Positions 23,820-61,560 of a stretch of 64,000 nt of DNA are shown in pieces; positions within the stretch are counted from its first letter, which is position 1, and each line of letters opens with the position of its first letter. The position numbers and the translations under genes were made by a program. Source of the DNA: Tubiluchus corallicola (lineage: Eukaryota > Animalia > Priapulida); NCBI GenBank assembly GCA_030141605.1, contig JAQGDQ010000009.1, positions 496,001 to 560,000 of the forward strand. The letters run 5' to 3'. Under the pieces are notes generated by a model. That model ran no database searches. It was given only the letters and a program-made list of their open reading frames with translations, and was not told the DNA's origin.

Positions 23820-24379
23820 CTTGCATCGACTGTAACACTATATATAACGTGTAAATTTAGACATTTTGACAGTAGGTTGTTTGAAACAAGTTCTGATAAT
23901 ATTAAGTTTGAAAAAATTGTCAGAGTATTCGTAGCATACATGTTGCTAATTAAGTAAAATTTTAAATTACTGTATCTTGTCAATAAGATTAAAAATACAT
24001 TTCTGGCTAGTGAGTGGTGCACCCTCGAGGGTGAGTCAGCGACATTTTGCCAATTACCAAATATACAAAGATTTTAAATTATTAGTCTAGTTACATAAAT
24101 CTTTCCAATAGGTAAATGAAATGCTAAGTAATATGGATTTGCATGGAAAGTTTTTGGGACATAATTTAACATTGCCTTTTTTACCCTTGATTTGCGTGAC
24201 GTTGTGACGTCACGTAATGGTGCTGTTGGTACTGTAGTGCGGAAGATTTAAAATGAAAACAAACGAAAATTCCTTTCAACGCGAATACAATATGTGCATA
24301 AAACTGCTGTAAAGTCGTATAATTTTTTTAGGCGATTTTTCTGAAACCTACTTCAGGTGCCCCTTTTCTTATCCTTTAA
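23820..24379 (+). repeat. Direct repeat copy 2 (NAA30-proximal), with an extra ~255-bp block carrying a CRE (TGACGTCA 24205-12) and an AP-1-like TGAGTCA
   Basis: Colinear with 14573-14906. The extra block (~23995-24250) is bounded by AAGATT(T)AAAA microhomology. Confidence 0.9.
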
Positions 24380-25108
24380 AATGGACTACCTAACTACCTT
24401 TTATTTCACATCATCTAACCACGCTTTAACAAGGATTCTTTACTAGAGCTCAAAGCACCGCCCTTTCAGCTGAGCTCCAGCCGCCAGCAACTGACTCAGC
24501 TTCAGCCTCTATTTATTACATTTTCTGTGAAACTTATTTTCTGGGAAATGATGGTACTGGGAAAAATTCTGTTTAGTGGCTGTTCTGGGGAAAACTTTTC
24601 AGGGAATTTTTTTATGGGCAGTAATTTTTTCTGGCAGAAAGTATTCAGTGATGTTTTTTGTTGCGGAATTTTTTTTTCTGGCAAAAAAACTTTTCTAGGA
24701 ACCGAGTCTACTCCCTTGCAAGTACGTCACGTTGGGCGCAGAGAAGACAACGAAGACCACTTGCGGATTGTTTCAGTGTTTTACCGAACTAACTGTCATG
24801 GCTGCGCGCAGTTTTGTGGATTTTTTTCTGCATGTCATTGGGACTTTTACAAATTGTTTGCGTTTTCATTGCTTACTACTTCTTTTTCGATATAGTAACA
24901 CTTTCGCCATTCTTCACTGACGCTCGATAGAACCGCGGAAAACGTCACGAATTTGTGTTACGACAAAACTGACAGTAGGAAGTTTGTACTGGCAAAAGTA
25001 AACTGGCCAAAAAGTGAACTTTATAATTATTTTTATGGCAAAATGTCTGTTTGTTTACCAGTGTTTTTGTACTTTCACAAAAACCAAAATCAATAAAGCC
25101 CTTTAATA

Positions 25109-28100
25109 ATGTCAACTGATAATACTGTTTTCGTAGCTCGTGATACAGAGGCAGTCCCAGAGGAACCCAATGGCAGTAAATGTGAAACGTCACGTTTTGT
25201 AATGGAGAGATTAATGTATACAGATTGTATCTTATCAAAAATGTCAGGTATGCCAAATGGTATTTATGTATGCCAGAGTCCAAAGACTCTTGACGTTAAC
25301 ACCGATGGAGAGTTAAGCAATTCGGATCCCGCAAATTACTCAGCTTGTGCCCCGTTATCTTCTCTGAATTCAGGTGTTAAAGAGGAATACACTAATAAAA
25401 AAATAGAGTGCGGTGACTGTGATCATTTGGACAGGTTAACCAGTTCAGCATTGTCGGAACAGCTAACAACCAAAACTAGCATTAATCAAACTGAGTCAGA
25501 AGCTGCATCTAGTCTGAATGTTAATATTGGCGATCTCACTGAGAATTGTGAGACTGGCAGCTTAGAAGGTCAAAATGGTGCGACTCGTCAGCAAACTAAT
25601 GACTTTTCAGGAAAGTTTTCGCTTGAACTTGCTACTGTTAGCAGCTCAGCCACACTTGTCACAACAGTGCACGCTGGTTCATGTCCTGTTCCTTCCGCTA
25701 ATGCAAGCCATGCCAGTTATACTACCAATGAAAATGAAGTAACGAAAGCTTTCCAACAGTGTCATGTCGGTGATCATCAACTTGTGTCAAAAATTTCATA
25801 CATTGCGTATGAAAGTGAACTACAGATGCCTGATATTATTCGACTTATCACAAAAGACCTGTCTGAGCCGTATTCTATATACACATATAGATACTTCATA
25901 CATAATTGGCCAAAGTTGTGTTTTCTAGTAAGCCAATTTTTTGTTTTATTAAAAACGATTGTGTGTCACTGTGTGAGTCAGTTGCACGAGTGTCATTTGA
26001 GTGATTGATGTTCTGCAATGCAGGAATTGGAATCTAATTTTGCGATTGACATATTCTACTACAGCCTGAGAGTAATCTCCAGTCTAGATGAATAGTCTTG
26101 ATTAATTTCTAAATCACTATACCTTTAATCACTCACATTATTCCAATTTCTTTTTTGTTTCGGTTTTATATTTCATAGTTTATACATAGTTTTAGTCTTT
26201 ATGAATTATCTAATTGCACTGTGGTTTTGCTGATTGCATAGTTGAGCTAGACCAAGTTATGCTTAATATAACTTCATTAAATTTCATCCAGTAAAACATG
26301 TTTTGATTGCAGGAGGTTCATAACAGGCAGGTGACATTACCTGGCCAACAAGTGTTAAAAACAATTTTGCACATAATATTTTGCTGATATTAAAACAAGT
26401 TCTTTTATTTATTGATTTACTTTTAAATTTCTGTTACATTTACTCAATGTATCAAATTGTTGGTTGAGGATACTACTGTAAGAGAGTGAATCGCAAGTGA
26501 TGTCATAATGCTGGATGATTTTATAGTAGTATGTTCAATTGTTACCTATGGACGACCTTTTCGATTGCTTAGATGTTGGGGAAAATGTTTTTAAACCTAA
26601 TCTTGTTGAATCTTAAAGATGAAGAAAAGGGAATTTTAAAGTATATCCCAAAGGAGTTTCCATACAAAGTTGTGTTACTTAACATTCAGCTGACCTGTTT
26701 GAAATACTTATGTAATTGGAAATGAAAATTTTTAATAATTTACAGTATTTGCACCACCTGAGAAGTAGTACTGCATTTCCTTCCCAGTATGCACAGTATA
26801 ATAAACAATGTGTTTTTGGTGCACCACTGATTCACCAAAAACACAATGTGACTATATTTACATTATACAGAAATTTAAACTTTTGCTTAATTAGCAGAGC
26901 ATGTGCTATTAAATGCTTTGATTATTCTTTCAAACTTTTTGCAATGGTACCTAAACTTTTTTTCATTTGAGTTGCCGTTAAAATGGCTGTACTGAACAGT
27001 CATCATCGCAAAGTTTAAATTTACAAGTTCTATACAGCATTACTGCCAATGCAAGCGCTGTATGCAATAACATAGCATGTAAGTGATATAAAATTTCAAG
27101 ACAAAATATTTAATAATATTTAATAATAATAATAAGACAAAATAATATTTATTTGTGAAGAGTGTTTTCTTTTGCTTTAACAAATTTCCAGTTAATCACC
27201 CATACTTATCAGTGACAGTAGATTCTTTGGATGTTGTACTATTTTTTGTTCGGGAAATTTAATGTATTTCTGTTTGCACTGCATGTTGCTTGTTTATTTG
27301 CTGTATAACACATAATAAGTGAAAATTCAACCCACAATTCTTATTTCTAAATAATTCATTTGTTACAAGTGCTATCTGATTCATAGCCATTTTTGACAGT
27401 TTTTAGTTAATTCACACTTTTCGTCAAATTCTTAGCAAGTTCAGGAGTTAACTTTTCTTATGCATGCATTGCTGGGCTGAGCTAGCTATATGTGCTTTTT
27501 AAAAATCATTTTATTTTTAACCGAGAAGTAAGAATTCCATTTTGCACGTGTGCAGCCCATATTTGATTGCAGTGTATGACTATTATTTAAACTCGAAAAT
27601 TGGTAGAAATGAGTAAATTCTTAGAAAGCCATAAGGTGAATCAGAGCTCTCGTATATACCCCGTAAAGTGTGCATCTTTCTTAAAAATGGACAACTAATT
27701 TGTTCTTGCTGAAAACGTAGACAGATGTGCATACCACTTGCATTGTTTCATTGTTTAGTTGAATTTGGCCTTTCTTGTACCTTTACATGTGAATTGCATA
27801 GTTAAATTTACACATTGTTTTGTTTGCTTATTGCAGGCAATGGACAGTGACAAATGTGTGGGAGCCATAGTTTGCAAGTTGGATGTTCACAAGAAAATGG
27901 CCCGACGTGGCTATATTGCCATGTTAGCAGTTGATGACGAGTACAGAAGAAGAAAAATAGGTAAATTCTTGTTTTAAACCATTTAATTTTTTAGGAAATG
28001 CTGCATTGCTCACTATAATATGTAAAATTATGCTGGTATTTGGGCTTCATTATTTAATCATGTAACCCAAGAAGATTTTATTTAATTTAATGATATTGAG

Positions 28101-30427
28101 AAACAATGTCAAATCCTGTCTGTCATGTAATATGCCAAGACCTACTATGAATTCCGATCTCATTAAGCATACTCTTACAAGTTTAATGTAAGAAAAAAAG
28201 ATTTTAACTGTAATGAGCCGTATTTTTCACTAACTTATTTACACGTCATTTTTTAATATGTTAATGATTTTTAAAGCGTTGTGTGTCCAATGGCTCTACC
28301 AAAAGAGGTGTTTTATCCACATCTTTTATAATTAGGTAAAGTAGAACATGACAGTGTATAAGAACAATCAGAAATATGTATTGTGAACGTGTGCTGACTG
28401 TCATAGTAATTTAAGAAAATTATCTCTTCATAATTTTAAACAAACAAAACGTTATTACAAATGATTACAATAAGGACTCTTGAACTCCTGGGTTTTTATC
28501 ACTCTTCCAGATGCCCTAGTGGCTATTTTTATAGCATTTCTATTTTGTTTCAAAGCCGAGCTCTCACCATACTCGGTATCATTTGACATGTTACTATAGG
28601 AGCAATTAAATTTAATTCTGTACTTTAATTATATAATTTTTTTGTATTGGCGTGCATGTTTTCTGGTTTTCTGATGTGGCACGAAAACTGCTCGCGAATG
28701 AAATAGTGAATTGATGAGTAAAGAATGTGGCATGACTGTTGGAAGCTCTTACCTAACGAAAACTTGGGGATCGCCAGCGTTTATCAATTTTGAAAATAAG
28801 TAGTGAACACTTTGTTGTTCATCATTTGGGTTCACACTTGTTTGCTCTCCATCAATAATCAAAAAACTTGGCCAGATACTGAATATATCTGTTACAGATT
28901 TGTTATTTCTTGCCCTTTTGTGACCTTTATTCGTGCAATGATGTATGAAGTGACATTCGTACGTCTGTTTAGACTTACTGCAAAATTGTTTTGGAGTTCC
29001 GATGATTTTGATAAATCAACTAGGTGCTTCAGCAGTCAGATGATCAGTCCTTGGTAACTGAAACATTGTTTCTTTTTTTAGGTTCAAATCTGGTGTTACG
29101 TGCTATCAGAGCAATGGTAGCTGATGACTGTGATGAGGTAAGAATAAACTAACTAAAGCTTCATTAAGTTTAGGCTGTTAGCATATTGTAATATACATGC
29201 ATTGACAATGGAAGTGTTGCCATCTGATTCCTTTTTTTTCTACAGCGATGTTTTATTTAAGTTTATTTACTACATCTGTGTACTCTTAAAAATACTCGAA
29301 ATCTTTAATGCAATTAGTACAATAGCAAAGAATCAGAAACTTTGGCAGCACATCAGTGGTGTAGTGTAGATTGCTGTCAGTGATTTTTAGCTAATAAGTG
29401 TGCTACTGGATGAAACAAGCTGAATGATGGGAAAGTCATATGTACATTCTTGTTCTTTAAGTAGCTGCTTAGCAATGTACACTCTTGTAGTTACGTAAAC
29501 GAGTCATATAAATGTAGTTGTTTATGTTTGTATAACATACAAACCATCGAAGCCAGCAAGATCCTGTGGCCGGTTTTGCAAACTGTTAGTTAAGTTATCG
29601 ATCTTGTTATTACATTCACTAAACTTACGTATAACAAAAACATCGTTAACTTTGTGACGGCATTGTGAAACTGGCCCCTGGTCACAGAAATCACCAGTCA
29701 ACACTTGTGCTAAGAAATTTGCACAGCATGCTACATTTGCCACTGCTATAGTAGGGATGTTAATGATAACCGTACATATCGATAATTATCGATTAACGTA
29801 TGAATGCGAAAAATCAGTTTTTATTATTATCGTATCGATATTTTTCTAGGAATATTATTTAGTTATCAAATTTAGTGTGTATCGTTCACCTTTATAAAAT
29901 TATTTCACTGTTTTCATTTATGCAGAAAATTTAAAAAACAGTTAGTTGTAAGGTTCTTGTACTTTCTACCTGTAATAGCAACTGTCTTCACTCGGAATAC
30001 ACCTTGCAAAATAACTGACTACATTATCAGTATCATTTTTTTCACTTGAAATAATTTATTGTATTGTATCATCTGAAAACCAGATTATCGATGTCGCGTC
30101 ATTTAAAAAAAAGTATTGTATCATATCGTCAAATTTGTATCGTTTAACATCCCTATGCTGTAGTAGTTGCTATTGCTGTATGGTTTATCATTGCAAAAAT
30201 AACTGACTACATTATCAGTATGATTTTTTTCGCTTGAAATAATTTATCGTATGCAATTTACCTGAATATAAATATTGAATCAAACGTAGGTGGTGCTGGA
30301 GACTGAAGTCACAAACAAACCCGCTCTCCACCTTTACGAGAACCTTGGCTTTGTCCGAGACAAGCGGCTGTTTCGTTATTATTTGAACGGAGTGGATGCA
30401 TTTAGGTTGAAGCTGTGGTTAAGATAA
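25109..30427 (+). CDS. NAA30: N-alpha-acetyltransferase 30 (NatC catalytic subunit, MAK3), 378 aa
   Basis: Exons 25109-25927, 27837-27960, 29082-29137, 30290-30427 (GT-AG, 1137 nt). Motifs [88 protein letters not shown]. Confidence 0.97.
29752..30155. mobile_element. hAT-type MITE in NAA30 intron 3
   Basis: TIRs TAGGGATGTTAA / TTAACATCCCTA; 8-bp TSD TGCTATAG (29744-51) vs TGCTGTAG (30156-63); many subterminal TATCG motifs. Confidence 0.85.
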
Positions 30428-33400
30428 TATTGAATACGGCATTCTCTTGTTAGAATTTTATTAATAAGTAAGCTCTTATTTAGGATTGTAATTTAGAATA
30501 GATCAAACATGTGTTGCATTAATTTTTTTGTCTAGTGCAGTAAAGCTTTTGTCGTGAATGTTGATTTTTTACTTACTTAATGGAATTTTTAGTTGAATTT
30601 TACTGCATGCAGTGTAAAAAGTACCAAAGGGAATTAGTTATTTAACTACAGTGAACTAACTCATATGCCTGGTGCTGTGCAGGCACCTATATAATAATAA
30701 GTAACATTATGAACTTCAAGTTGAACACTACAGCAATAACTTATATTGAGCATCAGTTAGTGGCATATAGTATTGTTTTCTTGGTAGTGTAAAAAGTAGC
30801 CTCTGCAACTTTTGTCAGGTGTGGCATTTATGAGTTGTGATTATTAATACACCTGTGCAACAAAAATTGCTACAGACTTTTGTTACTCATATTTTTGTCG
30901 AATTTATTATTGTGTACCTAGTTGTGCAAGTCCAACTGCTAAAAATGCTTCTGTTCCTTAAATTATTTCCGTTTTCTGCAGTCACGTGGGCAATTCCCAA
31001 ACATTTTTTGTTTTATTGCCAGCTCTCATATGATGTATTTGTCTATCATATCAACTAGTTTTACATCCAAATAAGGTCTTTTTTGAGCTAATGCTGTTCT
31101 ATTTATACATAATACAGCATTGTAAGGTCCTTGGCATACAACAATGCAATGAAGAAAGCAGAGTCCAGTTTTTAAATACTTCTGGAATTTACATTGCTGG
31201 CTAAATTCTGTAATAGGTGTCAGTATCAGGCCGAGTCTGATGATTATTGATTGAATGCATCAAGTGCAGAACTCGAAAACACGAATGATGAACGACAAAG
31301 CATTCACTACTCATTGTTAAAACTGATAAATGCTGGCAATCTTCATTGTTCTTTGTTCAGGTAGGGGCTTCCATCAGTCACGCCAGATTTTTTTACTAAT
31401 CAATTTACTATTTCATTCGCAAGAAGTTTTCGTGTACAATGTGCCACATGGACACCAGAAAACAAGCTGTTGCTAAATACTTGATATTTAACTGCTTCAC
31501 TGCACCTTTTGCTGTGAGTAACAACTTACAACATAAAACGATGGCAATAGAAACAATTAATGAAGTTATTGGAACCAAATGTGATTTAGATTTGTGCTGC
31601 ATACCTCAAAAGTTGAGACGCATGCCTTACTCACTAGATATCAGCTTCTTACAGCCTTCACTTCTGCAATAAGGCTTAACTTGAATAATTGTCACAATTT
31701 TAAATAGAGAAAATCAAACTTCAGCAACGTGAACTTGGGTTTACTTTTTGTTTTTATTTACAGTTTTAATTTGTTCACCTCCTATGGGTGCGGTATTACA
31801 AAAATTAATTTTCCTTTTTATCAAAATCACAATACAGATGCTTTATGATCATAGATAAAAACGTCCCTATATCTATTTATATACATGGGGATCAAATAGC
31901 TGTCTGATAAAACTGTTATTGCAAAGTGTTATCTGGCTCACAATAAATGCCACGGTAACACTTAGCATAAAAATACGCCACTGGTACATAAAACTAAAAC
32001 TACTTGATAAAAATACATGTTAGCTACAAGTTTTCTCACTTTATATTGCCATTTTGTATCACGTTACATTTCGATAAGAGACGCTTTATTAAACTCGCAA
32101 ATATAAAAGCTGAGATTATGCAAATTAGTATAAAATCTACATGGAAATTAATACAAACACGTCCAAAACAATTAAAATGACTAAGAACAATGTAGTTTGA
32201 CATCGAGCAATCTTAACTCATGCAAATTACATTAATTCATGTGTAAATTATTGATACAAGCAAATAATACAGTAACTGTCATAGTCACTAACAGACGTCA
32301 AAACAGGAAACGTTACTAATAATGAAACATGCAAGATATAAATTAGAAAATAACATAAAAATGCAAACTATTTAATGTATACAACTATTTTTAATTGTGC
32401 TGTTTGTAACGTAAATAAAATTTTCTCGAATTTTCAAATACACGAAGCTAACATAGCAACACAGCTGCCGTTTAAAATTCTTGCTAAAAATCAGTCCAGC
32501 ACTATATATAGGCAGAGAGAGTCAACAGCAACGGGACGAATCAAAATTTTGAGCTGAAATTTATTTATATTTACACTAAGATGAAAAAGGCAGTTGGATT
32601 CCACCTACTTGAAAAATTTCAGAGAAAACATTCAATATTGCACGCTGTTATGCTTAGAAGAAACCATATGTCATGCGACAAAGTCAGCGTGCATGCAACC
32701 GAATGTGTTGTACGCAATAAAACATTTTAACGAAAACTAACACTCCAATTAGTTTTGACACGAAATATTACGCATGTTTATCAGTACTTCACAAGGCAAA
32801 ACAAACCTCTTAAAGCAACATTAGCAGCAACAGATTTCATTATGTGTTTCACAGCAGTTTTTTGCAGCACGTCAGTTTTCCATACATTTTACAAAATTAG
32901 ACTGAGGAAGTTTTCAAATGATAAGTTCTGCCAAGGAATTTACTACTATACATCATTTTATGATAAAACAAATGGATAGCACCAATTACCTATTTTACTG
33001 CCTTGGTATTTAGCAGTTATAATCTAAGTACGAAATGTGTTTTTGAATACACAATGTCAGCTAAAATAAACTAGTATGCAAAAAACCTTGTCAGTAAGAA
33101 ATCTGTTGTTCCTCACAACCCTCAATTTGAAGACACATTCAAAGAAGTAAACCAGAAACACATGTGAATGCATGATATTAAATCTCCACAGACATAAGAG
33201 TGACATTAAAGTCGCAAAAAAGGCAAAATCATATATCTAGGCAAATTCATACAAATAAGGATTTACATATTCTGTCATCAAACAAGTATATGTACTAAAT
33301 GCTTTTTTTAAAAGAACATTGTGCAAAATCAGTGATGCGTGATTATATCAAGGCAAAAAGATCAATAAACAGATTTGTTTACTAGTTCTAGTTCAAAAAC

Positions 33401-35455
33401 ATGGATTTAGTTTAAAGCTAATGATAAAAAAACTAGATGTGCATTCACAGACAAGAATTTCATGGAAGCTGATGGTTCCAGAAATGCTTGCATGTGTATT
33501 TAAAAAGCATAAGAGATGTGAAGGGGAAGTAGAGACAACTCTACTGCATGTGTGACAAAAAAGTGCAGAATATACAACATAATCATTGCTGGAACACTCC
33601 TATATGAAAATAAGTTAATCTCCTTGTAAAATAATATAAACAAACAATCTCTTTTCAGAGTAACAGATACATAAAGAAGGCGAGAAAATTTAGCATTAAT
33701 CAAGAAACTAGAACTACAGCTAACACTTGGGTCTTTCATAGCCGAAAAACACGTCTAATGTTCGGTTTAGCCTGAAAACTACACCTACAAAATAGGTTTA
33801 ACAATTAGTATGTGTGTGTACAAGAAAGGATAAACATAATGCAAGGAGCCTGAAGGAAGCTCTTTGTTTTACTTCAAGTAGTTAAAGAGAGTCTGCCCTA
33901 AACCAGTAAGAAATTATAGTACGAGGGGAAACATAAAAGCTACAAATAAAAAAATAAACTGGCTAAAGTCAGAGAAATCATTATCAGAACAAAACAAGCA
34001 CCAAAGCAGTAACAGTGACAACTTTTAACAATCTGTCAGCATGGTGCCCATAAGTGTAAGCTGTTATTAGAATCAGACAAGTTGGTTGTATCATAACAGC
34101 AGAAATTGCTCCAGATGAAAATAGCAGCTCTGTTCTGATAGTCTTTGAACGTGGAAGATCATTCGGCGTTCGCACCCAGTAAATTTCCGCACTATAGTAC
34201 GGTTTTCGCACATACGGTCTGCTAGTCAAATTTTTACCTAAATGGCGACGAACATTTCAGCATTGATAGTATTGGCATACCTTACAATGTCACATCCACA
34301 TATCAGTCGTTAAGTTTTCGGAGAACCGGACTGGTTCTATACACTTGCACTTCAATGCATGCTGAAGTACAGGTATCGTTTGAAACATCCTCCTAGCACT
34401 GAGGGTCGAAAATAGCAAAGCATGTAGTTTTGTTTAATCACTATCAGATCTTTACAGTTCACCAGGAAAGCCAAAGGAATGAAAATCGTAAATCAAGTGA
34501 TCATGTCTGGTGTAAATGAATCGCTCGCTTCTTGCTCTGGATAATTCTACCAGCAATTAATATTCAGAAGAAAATTCACATTATTTTATGCACACATCTT
34601 AAAAGGAACAATACAATTTAGTTATTCAAAACTCGCATCCTTTGTTTAAATGGCAGCCATTGCATAAAAGGCACAATTGGTAGCAATTTACAGACTGCAA
34701 CTTTCTCAAGTGACAAGTATGTCATCAATAAGTAAATTTCGCTCGATCATTTACTGTGTATTTACGATGCAACTCTCTTCTTGAATATAATTATTGACAC
34801 GCTTTCCGTAGCAAAAATAACACCAAGTAACAACGTCAAATGGGCCGCAGTCCACTGTAAAACAACATTATAAAATATGACCCTTATTTTAAACAACCTC
34901 CTTAAAATTTTAATTTGCTTTTTAACTTTTTTTCGCCTTTTTTATAAAATATAGCTCATTTCATAGACAAGTTATATGTATAAATGTTTATAAAATTATA
35001 AATGTTAGAAAATATCGTATTCCCCCTCAAGCACACGATATTATGTGTACATACAGTTGTGCAATCAACAACCATTTTCTAGCAACTTACGGCGGAAATA
35101 TTAAACAATAACGTGCGGCATCTAATTAAAAACTCCGTTATAAAAAATCAATATACACTAAACAACGTTCTCAAGTGTGGGCATAAGGGCTATTTCTCTG
35201 CATAAAAATAGTCACCCACACATTGCACAGTGGAGTCCCGTCATCTTCACGCACACACACTGGTGGACTGCAACACCAATGGGCTTTGTTGGCAGGAGGT
35301 TTTGTTCAGATGGACTGTATTCAGCTTTTTGAGGAATAATAACACTGTCTTGTATTTACATCGGTCACGCTGGCGCCAGAGACTAATAATAATAATCACA
35401 ACCATGGATCTGGCCCCGCGCGTGCAAACCCGTGATCAATTGACCTCACCATTGT

Positions 35456-61033
<25,578 letters not shown>

Positions 61034-61339
61034 TGTATGTTGTAACGACAAACCTTACAAATGTATTATTTATGTCTTTGGTTCCTTACCAGTTATAGCT
61101 TTAATAATTAGACAAACACGGTAATATTAACATAAAATCAATCACAAAACGAATTTACACTTTTCCTTTGGCTTTCCAGTCTTGTTTTCGAGGATACACT
61201 AAATTCTGCCGAACTACACACAAACTAGGCAAGTGCAAATCCAAGTATAACTTGTGTGACTGCGCGGAAGAACGGAGTTCTAAAAAAACTCATCAACTTG
61301 TGCTTACTACTGTAGCAAAAACAATCGCATTAGTTATTG

Positions 61340-61560
61340 TTTCTTGAATTTCGTGAGTCACACACTTCATTTTCTATAAACCATACGTTTCAGTACTAGA
61401 AAACTAGTACCGTGCATCATAAAAACTCCTACAGTAATAACTTTGCCCCTTAATATCACAAACTTTCCTAGAGATCCGGTCGGAGACCAACCGTGAACTT
61501 TGATTGACGTCATGAAAACTCTGTGAATTCGAGGTTGGGATAACCATGTTACGTGTAGAA
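61340..61560. promoter_or_regulatory. Putative YAP promoter region with AP-1 and CRE motifs
   Basis: TGAGTCA at 61354-60 and TGACGTCA at 61505-12, in a locally CpG-richer stretch 0.3-0.5 kb upstream of the ATG (61033). The TSS cannot be determined. Confidence 0.35.

Noticed and set aside
25109-25780. Long N-terminal extension of NAA30 as a novelty
   Set aside because: Metazoan NAA30 proteins normally have a long low-complexity leader.
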